Source of the DNA: Nemertoderma westbladi
Lineage: Eukaryota > Animalia > Xenacoelomorpha
Direction of reading: 5' to 3'
Length of the DNA: 64,000 nucleotides
Assembly: GCA_032718475.1 (NCBI GenBank)
Contig: JAUCBJ010005087.1
Location: forward strand, 1 to 64,000
In this document: one piece after another, positions 10,127 to 22,899 of the stretch
Position numbering within the stretch: position 1 is the first letter of the stretch
Layout of the letters: each line of letters begins with the position of its first letter
Program-made: the position numbers and the translations under genes
The notes under the pieces: generated by a model
Told to the model about the DNA's origin: nothing
Databases searched by the model: none
The model's input: only the letters and a program-made list of their open reading frames with translations

Positions 10127-11393
10127 ACGAAGTGGGGCCTTCGCGCAGCACGTGAAATGAGTTAATGCTAAGTATCAACTCGAAAGGATTATAAAAACAT
10201 AGGAGAAGATTTTCCCGGAAAACGTTAACCCTCTAGCGGGAGACTGGGTAACTGAAGAAGGAAGGATTAGTTTCCCTACAAAGCCACAGCCTATGGTCTA
10301 TTACATATCTACCAAGTTTCCGATTGACGGATCATAAATAACGAAATGTTGGAAGGTTTTCACTTTCATACATTTAGCCCTCTAGCGGCATATTAAAGAA
10401 CTACGGATCGATCACCTTCCTCACAAAGACGAGGCATGTGGTCTAGTACATACCGGTACTGTATATTCCAAAATTCAGCTTAAATAGATTAAGATCAAGG
10501 AATTCGCGAAGGTTATCACTTTCCTACATTTCGCCCTCTAGCGGCAGACTCGAAAACTCCGGACCGATTACTGTCCACACAAAGACTTAGGATGTCTTCT
10601 AGTACATATATGACAAGTTTCAGCTTGATCAGATCATAAATAACTAAATGGAAGAATAATTTCACATTCGGGACATTTCGCCCTCTAGCGGCAGACTGGA
10701 GAACTGCAGACAGATTAGCCTCCTTTGAAATTTACAGCTAATGGTCTAGTACATACTTCCCAAGTTTCAGCTTAAACGGATTAAAAGCAAAGAAATGGGT
10801 GGCCATTTAATGTTTAGACATGTGGCCCTCTAGCGGGAGACCATTGCACTGATGGTGTCTGAAAGTCTCTCAAAAATCTCACCTTTTGCTCATATTGATA
10901 CCTACAAATTTTCAACTTGGCAGCTTTAAATCCGACAAAGTTATTAGCATGTCAAAATCGTAACGACGACAACGATTTCACTTTCAGACCTTTGGCCCTC
11001 TAGCGGCAGACTGGAGAACTGCAGATGGATTCGCCTCCTTTGAAAGTCACAGTTAATGGTCTAATACATATCTGCCAAGTTTCAGCTTAAACGGATTAAA
11101 AGCAAAGAAATGGGAGGGCATTTAATGTTTAGACATGTGGCCCTCTAGCGGGAGACCATTGCACTGATGGTGGCTGAAAGTCTCTCAAAAATCTCAACTT
11201 TTGCTCATATTAATACCTACAAATTTTCAACTTGGCAGCTTTAAATCCGACAAAGTTATTAGCATGTCAAAATCGTAACGACGACGACGACGACGACAAC
11301 GACGACGACGACGACAACTATTTGCATAAATTGACCCACCCCCTAACAGTGTCAATTCGCTAAGGCTCCGCCAACTTCGTGGCTCGCCCCACA
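10127..11393 (+). mobile_element. Non-autonomous Helentron/HINE (DINE-1/Pearl)-like element with internal sub-repeats
   Basis: 5' end GTGGGGCCTTCGCGCAGCACG, repeated modules containing CCCTCTAGCGG, an (ACG)n microsatellite, and 3' end GCTAAGGCTC...CTTCGTGGCTCGCCCCACA. The same termini recur elsewhere in the window. Superfamily is inferred from architecture only. Confidence 0.55.
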
Positions 11394-13273
11394 GTACGTA
11401 CTGATGTTTGTTTTTTGTATTCGCAACTTACTGGAGTCTCGCATTAACTTCCCAAGTAAATGAGAACACGCTTTTCGCGCAACTCTTTCTTCTGTAAGAT
11501 GCCATCTGTTAATTATGTTGGCTCTCTTGACTTTGTTGGGGTAAATAATGTAGGGGCCTACTACTGTAAGTCAACCTACAGGGCCCAACCATCGTGGTTT
11601 GGAATATTCTCTTCTTTCTGTCTACGTTAGCATTTTTATTTATACAATGACAAAAATGTAGGAATTCAATTGAATGTTAATTCTACGAATAAAATACAGT
11701 TTATACAATTCAGTAGAAACGGTTATGAGTTTATATAATTATATTTGATAATATTTCATTAGTATTTAAAAGTTAAAAATATATATAAAACATGAATTCA
11801 TTTGTATTCCATTGAATCCAATATATTGAAACTCAAGTGTGTGAAACCAACTTTATAAGGGACTGACAACGTAGGTATTTAAATACCTAAAGCCTTGAAG
11901 CCACTGTCGCTGGTGACAATTGGGTTGAAGGGATTATTATATGCGCAGTTTCCCATAGAACAATGAAGAATTGATCGATATCTCTTTCTTGATAGAATTC
12001 ATCAATATTATTACGTTGGGGTGGTTTACGTGCCCAACTAGTTTATATTTCTCAGCTTGATTGATTAATATTATCAAAGCAACAGGGGTAACTTAAAATT
12101 AATGGTATAACTTTTGTTGGGCAGAGCTTTACAAAGTTTCTCAAAACAGCATTCTTGTATTCTTGTATATATATTTAGCGATTTAAAATTCACACAGCAA
12201 TAATAAATTATAAAATTAATTTATTTCGTGTATGCCAAATCTAAATTACCGCTTGACTAATGGACCTGTGGTAAATTTATATAGAAATAATTTTCCGCCG
12301 CAAAATATTATTACTTTATTATCGCTGGGTAATATTACGACCGATTAACATCTCAGGTCCCATTTGCATTTATGTCCAATGAATGTTGGTCCCCAACTGC
12401 CTGCGATCTTAGGTCCTGAAATTATTCTGCAATATTATTTTGGTTAAGAAACCTTGATTACTCTACACTATGCCCCGCCATATAGTGTCGTAATTCAGTG
12501 GCAAGGACCCCCCAAATATTTCTAAAATTTTTTATAGATTGGACACATACTTTGGTTTTCCGTCAATGTATTAGACGTGAAATGATGTTTTGTGTAGACC
12601 TACAGCCCCATAATTATGCCGAGACTACAGAGTTTGCTTATTCGATAATTCAATGTGCTTCTACGTTATTTAGATCTCCATTCATCTAAAAGTGAAAGAA
12701 AAGTTAATTTCCATGGAGATTTGCACGCCTATATTAATCTGTCTGTGTCAATCACAATTGGATACAGTAGTACATTAGGGTACCCAAAAAAACCCGAGTC
12801 AATTTATTTTCGGGTGTTATACTGTACATCTACTGTATTATGAGTAAACTATTCAAATGTACTTCTGAAACTGAAAAACGAACCGTAATGTTGGAGCTAT
12901 AAAATGACATACTGTAAGTAAGCCTACAGTACCGGTAAGCCTATAGAAAATATTTAAAATAGCAATACACCCAATTATTTTATCTTCTTTAATTTTAGAA
13001 ATAATTATTTAAAATGATATATTATGTGCGTCGAAATAACTATACAGTATAAGAATAACTAAATAACTGCTGTATAATTAAATTAGGTCATCATTCATAC
13101 AGTATGCGCACCTCTGGCAAGTTACATTACATACATACAGCGGTATTTGCTGTAACTTAAAAATACAGCATGTTATGTCTTTTTATGCTCCAAGACTGCC
13201 TTAACTTCGCATGCATTTAGATACCTTATAGCATACTGTATAAATATGTAGTGTATAGTTAATTAAATAATAC

Positions 13274-13473
13274 CTTAGATGTTCTTCTTTGATATCATCT
13301 TTAGCGCATCTAGCTGTGTCATCCGGTACTGAATCTTCTGTTATCTCCCCAGTGACATTCCCTTCATCCAATGAAACATCCTTAGCGATCTGCACTTTAA
13401 CCACAACTGCCGGCGATGGCGATTGGGTGTTTAAAGAAGCTGTTGCCATAGTAGTTATAAAATCATTATTCAT
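13274..13473 (-). CDS. Probable first coding exon of the EF-hand (WDR49/EFCAB8-like) gene
   Basis: ATG at 13473 (or 13449) ...AKDDIKEEHL, with donor AG|GTATT at 13273. Phase 2 matches exon 1-93 and gives EEHLRRLQEIFEEAD. Confidence 0.7.
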
Positions 13474-13544
13474 TTATTGGTAATAATATACGTTGTTAAA
13501 ATATTTTATTTTATCAAAAACAGTCATTTCTCGCAAGGAGAAAA

Positions 13545-14065
13545 TATTTAAATCCTAAGAGCTTATGGAATACCAGAGGTAATTGTGGCTGGCATTGGAT
13601 TGTTATATTGTGACACAGAAGACTCAGGTACTCTCACCAGATGGTGAAACTGAGTTCTTCTCAATCCTGGCTTGCGTACTGCAAGGTGGCACATTGGCGC
13701 CATTACTATTCGTAATTGTACTGGATTACGCAATGATGACGGCCACAAAGGGTGAAGATCTGGGATTCACACTACAAGAACGCAGAAGTAGTAGATATCC
13801 GGCAACTACACAGTCACAGACACCGACTTTGCGGATGATATCGCCCTGCTCTCTAATACGCTAGCAGATGCACATCATTCAGGAGAAATTCTACTTCTCT
13901 GGCAACCAACTCATGGAAAGCGTAGTAGTGGACGACCGGCCATAACATATATAGATCAACTTGAAAGGGATACTGAACTTGGGAGAAACGAAATTGCGAC
14001 AACTATGGAGAATCGGGAAGCCTGGAAGGATCTCATTTCCACTGTCCGAGCTCGCTCGACCTATT
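13545..14065 (+). mobile_element. Degenerate, internally deleted RTE-type LINE fragment
   Basis: Translates across frameshifts to ILRAYGIPEVIV, VLQGGTLAPLLFVIVLDY, DTDFADDIALL and WQPTHGKRSSGRPAITYIDQL. Confidence 0.8.
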
Positions 14066-15034
14066 ACTGTAGAAGTACTGTACTATCAACTTTTGTGGTT
14101 GCAGTGCAAGACGTTATAATAGAGTCGAAAATCTTTTAGAATTTACATTTTTCAATTTAAAAATTTCCAATTCCAAAAGTTATATTTATATTATATACAG
14201 TACAGTACAGTAGGCCTAGGCTTATTGATTTATAAGTACAGTCAATATCAATCAAATAAATATCAAAAAAATTCATCAAATATCAATGTTATAATTATGT
14301 AACTGTATATAAAAATAAACAAATAGAAAGTTGTGCAATTACATAAGTTTTTAAACTCTTATTGTTGAATTAGAAACGCAATAACTTTATTATTATAATA
14401 TAATTATAAACAGCACGAAGCCACAGAACAGTTCCAATAAAGCCATATGAACATGAAGAAGAGACTGGCCTCTCATCTAATCCACTTGTAGGATTAAGTA
14501 CACCAGCTTCTTTATCTTATTATTTATAATATAATGTAACCTGGCAACCAGATTACAAAGTTATCAATTATGCTGTATACAATACATTGAACTGCTTTGC
14601 ACTTTAAATTCAATGGCGGAATATAATCAATAATGTACAGCCAACGAATAGATTTAGTTTCACTCACCTCCTCTGTGGGTGAGCCAGGATTTTTATTTTT
14701 TGCTCTCATTTTTTTGCTACCAGCGTTTAAAAAATGTGTCTCAGTCGATATTTCACCAGTCGTACAGCAGTTATTCCTAAACCTTATAGCGATTCGTTAC
14801 CAGTACCACCCACCTCCTCACTCACCATCCGACCGACTGATCAACAGACCAAGACCACCCCCCCCATAAGGACTTCGTGCAGCACGTGAATACCAAAAAT
14901 ACCCTCATGTGAACTTTCCCAGACTGTTTGGGAAGATGGTCGAAAATACGAAAGTTCGCCAATGATAGAGAATGGGCCAAATTCCTTTCTGATGTGTTTC
15001 TGATGTGTGCCGGGAATCTTCACATGCTGATTTG

Positions 15035-15212
15035 GGCAGAAATCCAGGTATTCATTTAGCTACCATTTAAGGATACAATGCAAAGATGTCTGGCTAAACC
15101 TTTCAAAGCATTCGTGCCGAAACGAAAACTGACTCGGTTCCCATGCGGGGGTTGAACCCACAACATCTGAGAGATGTGTATTCAATCTAACCCCTGCACC
15201 AAGGTGGGCCCC
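15035..15212 (-). mobile_element. tRNA-derived SINE (same family as 26288-26590)
   Basis: Reverse complement has A-box TGGTGCAGGGGTT, B-box GGTTCAACCC and shared core CAGTTTTCGTTTCGGCA...ATCCTTAAATGGTAGCTAAATGA. Confidence 0.7.
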
Positions 15213-15599
15213 GGACAAAGTCGGAACAGGTGTCAGATACCGTCAGATCTGATCAGATCAAATAAGGACAGACGTTTTAGCCATCCTAGAAAGATACTGT
15301 CTGACAGTTGGTATCAGACTATATGACAGTTGCGGCCCAGAGGTAAATCCTTACCTCATGGTGAGTGAGCTTGGGGAAGATCTTCTCTGTGCTGGGGGTA
15401 AGAGCGCGTAAGAAAAGGGGGAAGAGGGGGAAAGAATAGGGGTATGGATCTATAAATAGCAATAACCAATAGGACCTTTAGTGGACGATTCTCGATAGTT
15501 GTTATAAATATACCCACAACCTATCATTAAAGAATAACAGTTAAATACCCACCTATCATTACACACTTTACTTTACATTAGGCCTACATTACTTAACCA

Positions 15600-16265
15600 T
15601 ACATACCCACCCATCCCTACATACCTACTTAGACGTACCCTCCCACCCAGCTAAGCACACCTACTTACCCGTACCCACACACACCTAAGCACACCTACTT
15701 AACCGCTCCCACCCACCCATCCCATCACGTCTACATAGCCGCACCCAACCAACCTCCCACCTACAGTAAGCACTTCTATTTAACCGCACCCACACACATA
15801 CCTAAGCACGTCTACTTAACCGCACCCACCCTCCCACTTAAGCACATACTTAACCGACCCACCCACCTAAGAACGTCTAATTAACCGCACCCACACACCA
15901 ACCTAAGCACGTCTACTTAACTGCACCCACTCTCCCACCTAAGCATGTCTACTTAACTGACCCACCCACCCACCCACCCACCTAAGCACGTCTTCTTAAC
16001 CGCAGCCACCCTCCCACTTAAGCACACCTACTTAACCGACCCACCCCTCCCGCCCACCTACCAAAGCACAAATACATAACCGCACCCACACACCAACGTA
16101 AGTACGTCTACGTAACCGCACCCACCCACCCACATAAGCACGTCTACTTAACCGCACCCACACACCAAACTAAACACGTCTACTTAACCGCACTCAACCT
16201 CCCGTACCCCTACACATCTAATTACCCGCACTCACCTACCCCTACTCATCCCTCCCTCCCACACC
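15600..16265. repeat. Degenerate C-rich minisatellite (about 30-37 bp; CCTAAGCACGTCTACTTAACCGCACCCACCC)
   Basis: Repeated core visible throughout. Confidence 0.85.
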
Positions 16266-16274
16266 CTAGTTACG

Positions 16275-17783
16275 AGGCTCAGCACGAGGCTCAGTTATGA
16301 GATATAAATTAAAATTGAGCAATTCTAACACAAAATCTGTATTTAAGAAAGTAACCAAACCGCAAATAAATCATAAGAGGGGAAAGTTGCTCGCTTTCAA
16401 CCCCCCCCCCCCCCCCCCTTAATCTGCACCCCAACCCAAAGGCACACAGAGGATTGTTGACAGGCAGGTATTGACAGAAAATTGGTGTTTTAAAAGTAAT
16501 ATATTTTAGGCGTGGAGGCGAAACAATTTATAAGAAATATTATAACTTACCTTATGACGTTTTAGTATTGATACTGAAATATTAATTTACCATGTTGATG
16601 TCACAACAAAATTATTTAGCTATATTTATTCTAAAGAATCTCCATTAAATACTCAGCCAATCATTTTGCGAGATAAACCATAAGCAAGCTGTCTTATTAC
16701 TCTAGGGCCTAAACACTATTGCATGTCCTATATAATTACACCTAGCTGGAATAGTGGTGAGTTAGAACTGGTCGGACTGATTCCTAGCCCGGCAAACACA
16801 CCGGACTTGTTCTAGCACAGATCTGATGTTTCAGCTAAATCAGTGATTGCACTTTAGGACATTTTGCCCTCTAGCGGCAGACTAGAGAACTGCAGACAGA
16901 TGAGCCTCCTTTGAATGACACAGTTAATGGTCTAGTACAATGGGCCATACAGTACATGGACTAGAACGGGTTTAAAGCAAAGAAAATGTGAGGATATATA
17001 ATAGACATGTAGCCCTCTAGCGAGAGACTGAGGATTTGATGGTGTCTGGAAGTCCCTAAAAAACAAAACTTATGGTCTTATTGATGCCTACTAATTTTAG
17101 ACTCGAAAGCTTTAAATCCGACGAAGTTATAAGTAAGTCAAAATCGTAGGGACGATGATGACATACAGTACAATTATTGAATGAACTATTTGCCATAATA
17201 GATCTACCCCCCTAAGAGATAGCGCCAGTTCGCAAAGGCTCCGCCAACTTCGTGGCTTGGACCCTATACCCCATGCTATAAAATGTATTCGATCGATATA
17301 CAATTATATATTAATCCGCTAGGTGGTGTCAAATTATTATTCTGCAATTTCGTACTTGTACAGTACAGCAGTACCGTACCGGTAGGCCTATGTCATTACA
17401 TCGGAGTCTCTAGCCGATCCCCAATTAAATGTCTTAACTTTTCAATTTCGTAGAAGATAGACTTTATGATTCTCTACAAGCAACCAAAATTTCAGCTCTG
17501 GAAAATGAGGCGTTCCCGAGAAATTTAACATTTTCTAAAAACCACATAATCTGTCGTAGCTGACGTCAGACTGCATGATTTATCACCAAACTTTACAAAT
17601 TTTCTAAACTTTCCTCTACTACTTACCTACTAAGTTTGGTTCAATTTCAAGTCAGCGATGCCGAGAAATTCGCGTTCAAAGATTTACCAGACAGACAGAC
17701 GGACGGACGGACAGACGGACATGCCCCATTTGCCCTATATGAACCGTATGCCAAGGCTCGCCGACTACGTGTCTCGCCCCACA
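16275..17783 (+). mobile_element. Composite or nested copies of the HINE-like family
   Basis: 16275-16420 is homologous to the reverse complement of 56170-56330; 16850-17250 is homologous to 10670-11390. There are two 3' termini (about 17250 and 17783), the second preceded by (GACA/GACG)n. Confidence 0.55.
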
Positions 17784-17937
17784 CTATTATTTCTGTATCA
17801 ATCAATAATTGTGCTTAATTTGTGTTGTAATACGTTTTAAAGCTATACTACTGTCAGACTGTTTGAAATAATTATGTGCTCGAGCGGTAACAGTCCGCAT
17901 CGATAATGTTGGGCTAAAGGAGTACGCGGGCGCACTA

Positions 17938-17980
17938 CATAGCAACTGCTAGGTAGCAACGGCCCTAAATGCCTGGCAAG
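17938..17980. promoter_or_regulatory. Cluster of RFX X-box-like sites in a locally GC-richer segment
   Basis: CATAGCAAC, GCTAGGTAGCAAC and ATGCCTGGCAAG, about 4.5 kb upstream of the EF-hand gene ATG. Function unproven. Confidence 0.3.
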
Positions 17981-18133
17981 GCTAGTAAGCGAGCGAAAGA
18001 CTAGGCGGCTCGGTGGTTTGAAATGAGCGGAGAGCTAGGCCTGTTAGCCCAAGGTAGTAAAGGGGAGGCAATCTAGTCCTGCGCTTTCTTCAGCTATTTT
18101 GTGGGGTAAGATCCTAGGAGGCTTAGATCATCT

Positions 18134-19345
18134 ATGCTAGTGCTATGCTATGCTAGTGCTATGCTATGCTAGTGCTATGCTAGTGCTATGCTAGTGCTAT
18201 GCTAGTGCTATGCTAGTGCTATGCTAGTGCTATGCTAGTGCTATGCTAGTGCTATGCTAGTGCTATGCTAGTGCTATGCTAGTGCTATGCTAGTGCTATG
18301 CTAGTGCTATGCTAGTGCTATGCTAGTGCTATGCTAGTGCTATGCTAGTGCTATGCTAGTGCTATGCTAGTGCTATGCTAGTGCTATGCTAGTGCTATGC
18401 TAGTGCTATGCTAGTGCTATGCTAGTGCTATGCTAGTGCTATGCTAGTGCTATGCTAGTGCTATGCTAGTGCTATGCTAGTGCTATGCTAGTGCTATGCT
18501 AGTGCTATGCTAGTGCTATGCTAGTGCTATGCTAGTGCTATGCTAGTGCTATGCTAGTGCTATGCTAGTGCTATGCTAGTGCTATGCTAGTGCTATGCTA
18601 GTGCTATGCTAGTGCTATGCTAGTGCTATGCTAGTGCTATGCTAGTGCTATGCTAGTGCTAGTGCTATGCTAGTGCAATGCTAGTGTTACGCTAGTGCAT
18701 GCTAGTGCTATGTTAGTGCTATGCTAGTGCTATGCTAGTGCTATGCTAGTGCTATGCTAGTGCTATGCTAGTGCTATGCTAGTGCTATGCTAGTGCTATG
18801 CTAGTGCTATGCTAGTGCTATGCTAGTGCTATGCTAGTGCTATGCTAGTGCTATGCTAGTGCTATGCTAGTGCTATGCTAGTGCTATGCTAGTGCTATGC
18901 TAGTGCTATGCTAGTGCTATGCTAGTGCTATGCTAGTGCTATGCTAGTGCTATGCTAGTGCTATGCTAGTGCTATGCTAGTGCTATGCTAGTGCTATGCT
19001 AGTGCTATGCTAGTGCTATGCTAGTGCTATGCTAGTGCTATGCTAGTGCTATGCTAGTGCTATGCTAGTGCTATGCTAGTGCTATGCTAGTGCTATGCTA
19101 GTGCTATGCTAGTGTTATGCTAGTGCTATGCTAGTGCTATGCTAGTGCTATGCTAGTGCTATGCTAGTCCTATGCCAGTGCTATGCTAGTGCTATGTTAG
19201 TGATATGCTAGTGCTATGCTAGTGCTATGCTAGTGCTATGCAAGTGCTATGCTAGAGCTATGCTAGCGCTATGCTAGTGCTATGCTAGTGCTATGCTACA
19301 GTAGTGCTAATGATATGCTACACTAATGCTAAGCTAGTGCTAATG
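18134..19345. repeat. 11-bp tandem repeat (GCTAGTGCTAT), about 105-110 copies
   Basis: Near-perfect 11-bp period, degenerate at both edges and around 18660-18720. Confidence 0.97.
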
Positions 19346-19381
19346 CTAAGCTAACGGTAAGTGTTAACGTTGTATTGTTGG

Positions 19382-19675
19382 CAGAGGCGTAGCTAGCCCT
19401 TCTGGCGCCCAGGGGAATGAAGCTGAGATAGCCCCCCCCCCCTTCAATAATTTTAACTTTTCATTTATGGCGGTTTTTTTTAATATTATATAACAGAATA
19501 TAATATTAAAAAAAATTATGACACATGTCCTGTATACTGTATCACAATCCCTGAATTTTCTCTGATTTGTCCTATTTTTACAAGAATACCCTGACATTTT
19601 GCTTGGCATTTCAGCGCCCCCGGGTGAGTGCGCCCGGGGTAACATTCCCCCCTACTCCCCCTCACTACGCCTCTG
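19382..19675. mobile_element. hAT-like MITE
   Basis: TIRs CAGAGGCGTAG and CTACGCCTCTG; 8-bp TSD ATTGTTGG at 19374-19381 and 19676-19683. Confidence 0.85.
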
Positions 19676-19727
19676 ATTGTTGGGCGGGGGGGGGGGGGGG
19701 GGGGGGGAAACTCGACGCAAAACCCGC

Positions 19728-19925
19728 CTTGGCGAATTAATATCCCGCCTCAATGTTAAATTCTCAATTTAGGGAAAGGAGCAGGTTACAGTGGCACGTT
19801 ATTTTAACCAAAACAATAAACTAAACACAATATTACAGGTAAAAGTTTTATTTTGGAGAGTAATCAACTGTTATTTGCGTCGAATTTCCCCTGGAGAGGG
19901 ATTAATTTTTATTGCGTCCAGTTTC
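19728..19925 (+). repeat. Unclassified interspersed repeat (second copy at 58848-59045, partial copy at 57828-57875)
   Basis: TTGGCGAATTAATATCCCGC...GCGTCGAATTTCCCC...TTGCGTCCAGTTT occurs at both loci with few differences. Confidence 0.85.
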
Positions 19926-20129
19926 TCTCACTATTTGACTAGGTCATGATGATTCTCTCCTAGGGATTATCTTCAGCGGATAAATAAGTAACTGGTGGCT
20001 CTTTTCTCTTGACTGTTACCTATACGATATGGTGTACAACTCGTAACTCCCAATTTGAACACACAAAAATCAATGACAATATAAATATACAAAATATAAA
20101 AACAAAAAAAAACAAAATATACAAACAAA

Positions 20130-22070
20130 ATAAATTCAAGACAATCGATTTCAGTGGGAGAAGTCATTAGGTTTAATGGAGACGAAATGTGAAGTGGTTG
20201 CCATTCAGCAAATATTAGAAAGCTAATAACATTGTTTAGTGAGGAAGTTGCTAATGAACTTGAAACCATCGAGCAAACCTCAGTAGAAGAAGGATAATTC
20301 TCCTCTGATAATGACAATGTCCAGGTATTGTATGATGAAGAAAATGTGATAGTGATACTTGGTTTGTCCAATCCTGGACTAACCAAGTAAAATTATGTCA
20401 CTTAATTCATCGGAACAACGAACTAGCGGCTTATGAGGACGATGAATCAAAAGCCACAGTGGAGAGGTACAATGCAAAGTTGAGAGATGAACATGCAGTC
20501 AAATTCTTCACTCAAGAAGCTGTTGAACCTAACACTTATGACAAGACGCTGTCCATGGGAGAAGAATTAGCAAGACAAATTCAAGAGACAACTACCCGAT
20601 TCATTAAGGAAGAGGGACGTTATAAGATAGGTATTCTACTCAGGAAGGGAGAACCCAGCTTCATTAACAACTTACCCCTTGCAGTCAAAAGATTAGAACA
20701 ATTACATCGTCGACTATCAAGCAACGAAAGAGCGAAGGAGATGTATAAGAGGCAATTAAAGAAGTTCATCGAAAAGGGATACACTGAGCGAGTGCCTGTA
20801 GGAGCCAAAGTAACGGAGCAGATGTATTTTCTCACCCATCATTACCTCCCCAAACATGGTAAACCAAATGAAGTCAGAGTAGTCTTTGATGGCTCAGCCC
20901 TCTACAAGAAGGGTCAATCCCCGAAATCAGAACTATTGCCAGGACCCAACTTATTGCAATCTCTGTTGGGCATTTTATCTGTCGGCAATATTCTATTACG
21001 TTTGCCTCCTATATCGAAGGTATGCTTCTGCAGGTAAAGGCATTGCCTAAAGCTTGGGATAGTTTACATTTTTTATGGTGGTCAGAAGGAGACTTCAACC
21101 AAGATCCTGTTGAGTATTGGATGACCATCCAAGCTTTCGGCATTATCTCAAGTCCATCTAACGCCTGCTCCACGCGAACAAACACGGACCAGAACAGAGA
21201 CGCCTTCCCCAAAGCTGTCATTGACAACATCAAGAATGACATATACATGGATGGCAATTTGAAATCCCTGCTCACAGTAGCGAAAGCAATAGAGGTAGCA
21301 CAGGGTACAGTCGATTGTCACAAGAAAGGAGGATTTGGATTAACTAAATTTACCAGCAACTCTAGAGAGTTTCTAGAGGCAATTCCTGAGAGTGAACAAG
21401 AAAACAAAGATCTGGACCTCATTAAGGACGACCTACCTGAGACCAAAATGTGATGATGGTCCAAAACGTGCAAAATGGTCTTTCAGTTCAAAAATAGCGC
21501 GACAATCCTGTTAGAAATAAAAGGAATTGCCTGAGTATTCTGTAAACCTATTTCGATCCCTTGGGATTCATCAGTCCCGTAACCCTTGTTGCTCGGAACC
21601 TTGTACAACAAATGTGGTTGGAGAATCACTCTTGGGATGACACGCTACAAGGAGAACTGTTGACGTAATGGATGAAGTGGGAAGATTCTCTTCGAGCTAT
21701 GGAGGAGTTTAAGATCCCTTGATCATATTTTGGACACTTTCTCCCTTCGTATTCCTATCAACTCCACGTGTTTGGAGATGTCAGCGATATTGGAATCGGC
21801 GTTGTTGCTTACTTCAGAGTGGAAACCCCAGAGGGAATCAAGGTATCACCCGCAGCTTCAAAATCCCTCATTAATAACAAGTTGCGGAACTAAAGACGGC
21901 CTTATACACTACTGCAATCAGAAAGAACTTTACAGAACAGGTAAACTATAAACTAGATAAAACCTTCTATTGGACGGATGCCACATTGGTGTTAGAAATC
22001 TCACTAACCAACACTATCAATTTAGTGTCTTCGTTACCGAGTTACGAGTTGCTATTATACTCACCTGAAC
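20130..22070 (+). pseudogene. Decayed BEL/Pao pol fragment (RT and Pao peptidase A17/RNase H region) related to element 2
   Basis: SELLPGPNLLQSLLGIL, PVEYWMTIQAFGIISSPSNACS, IYMDG and GFGLTKFTSNSREFLE closely match element 2 Pol. Many frameshifts and stops. Confidence 0.9.
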
Positions 22071-22899
22071 AGAAAAAATTGCCCCCCCCCCCTGCTCTTC
22101 CCGTATCCCATTCAAAATTAATTAATTTGGCAATTACTAAATGATTCCCTTTATAAAAAAAGGCTTTATAAAATATAACCAATTATGAATGTGTTCATTA
22201 ATACAATAGAAAAGGGAATTAATATTCCACACACTAAAGTGATCTGTGGTGAATAAAAAACTTTTCGGTCAGAAAGTCCAGACTTTTCGGCATTATCATC
22301 ACTGCGGTGAACTTTGATACTCCGAAGAGAGGTTAGAGAGTGAGGCATTTTACTATCTGATTCAGCTCCATCTCAACAAAGTAGCATACTACTGGTACCT
22401 TTGTTACATCGTTGAAGGTTGGATGACCAAAGTGCCAGTTGACAATTCCATTCTCCATCATATCCATCTTGTGTAGAAGAACAGATGGCTCTTCAATGGT
22501 CAGAAACCACTCTTCAGAATCACCAATAATCAGGATGCTAAAATACTGTCATGCCCATAACTTAGGGTGACTGTTGCATCCGCGTGTGAGGACCAAAGCC
22601 AATAGATGACACTCAGACGTGTAGCCACATTCTTACTTCTTAGTTCCCAATTGGGACAACAGTATGGCCCACTGCCAAATGATGAGTTGAGGCACTGGAG
22701 AACACATGTTCTGATGTTCTGGACAAAATAAAAAATCGAGGTTGCAGCAGATGCCTTGTGGCAGCAACATATGCCACAAGGTTCAATGAATGTGCAAAAC
22801 ATGGACTGACATACGAGACAAAAGTTTTAGGCAGTGTAACAAAATTTTAACGGGATTTAACGGGTGTAACGGGTATGAGTGTAACGGTGTAAGGTGTAA

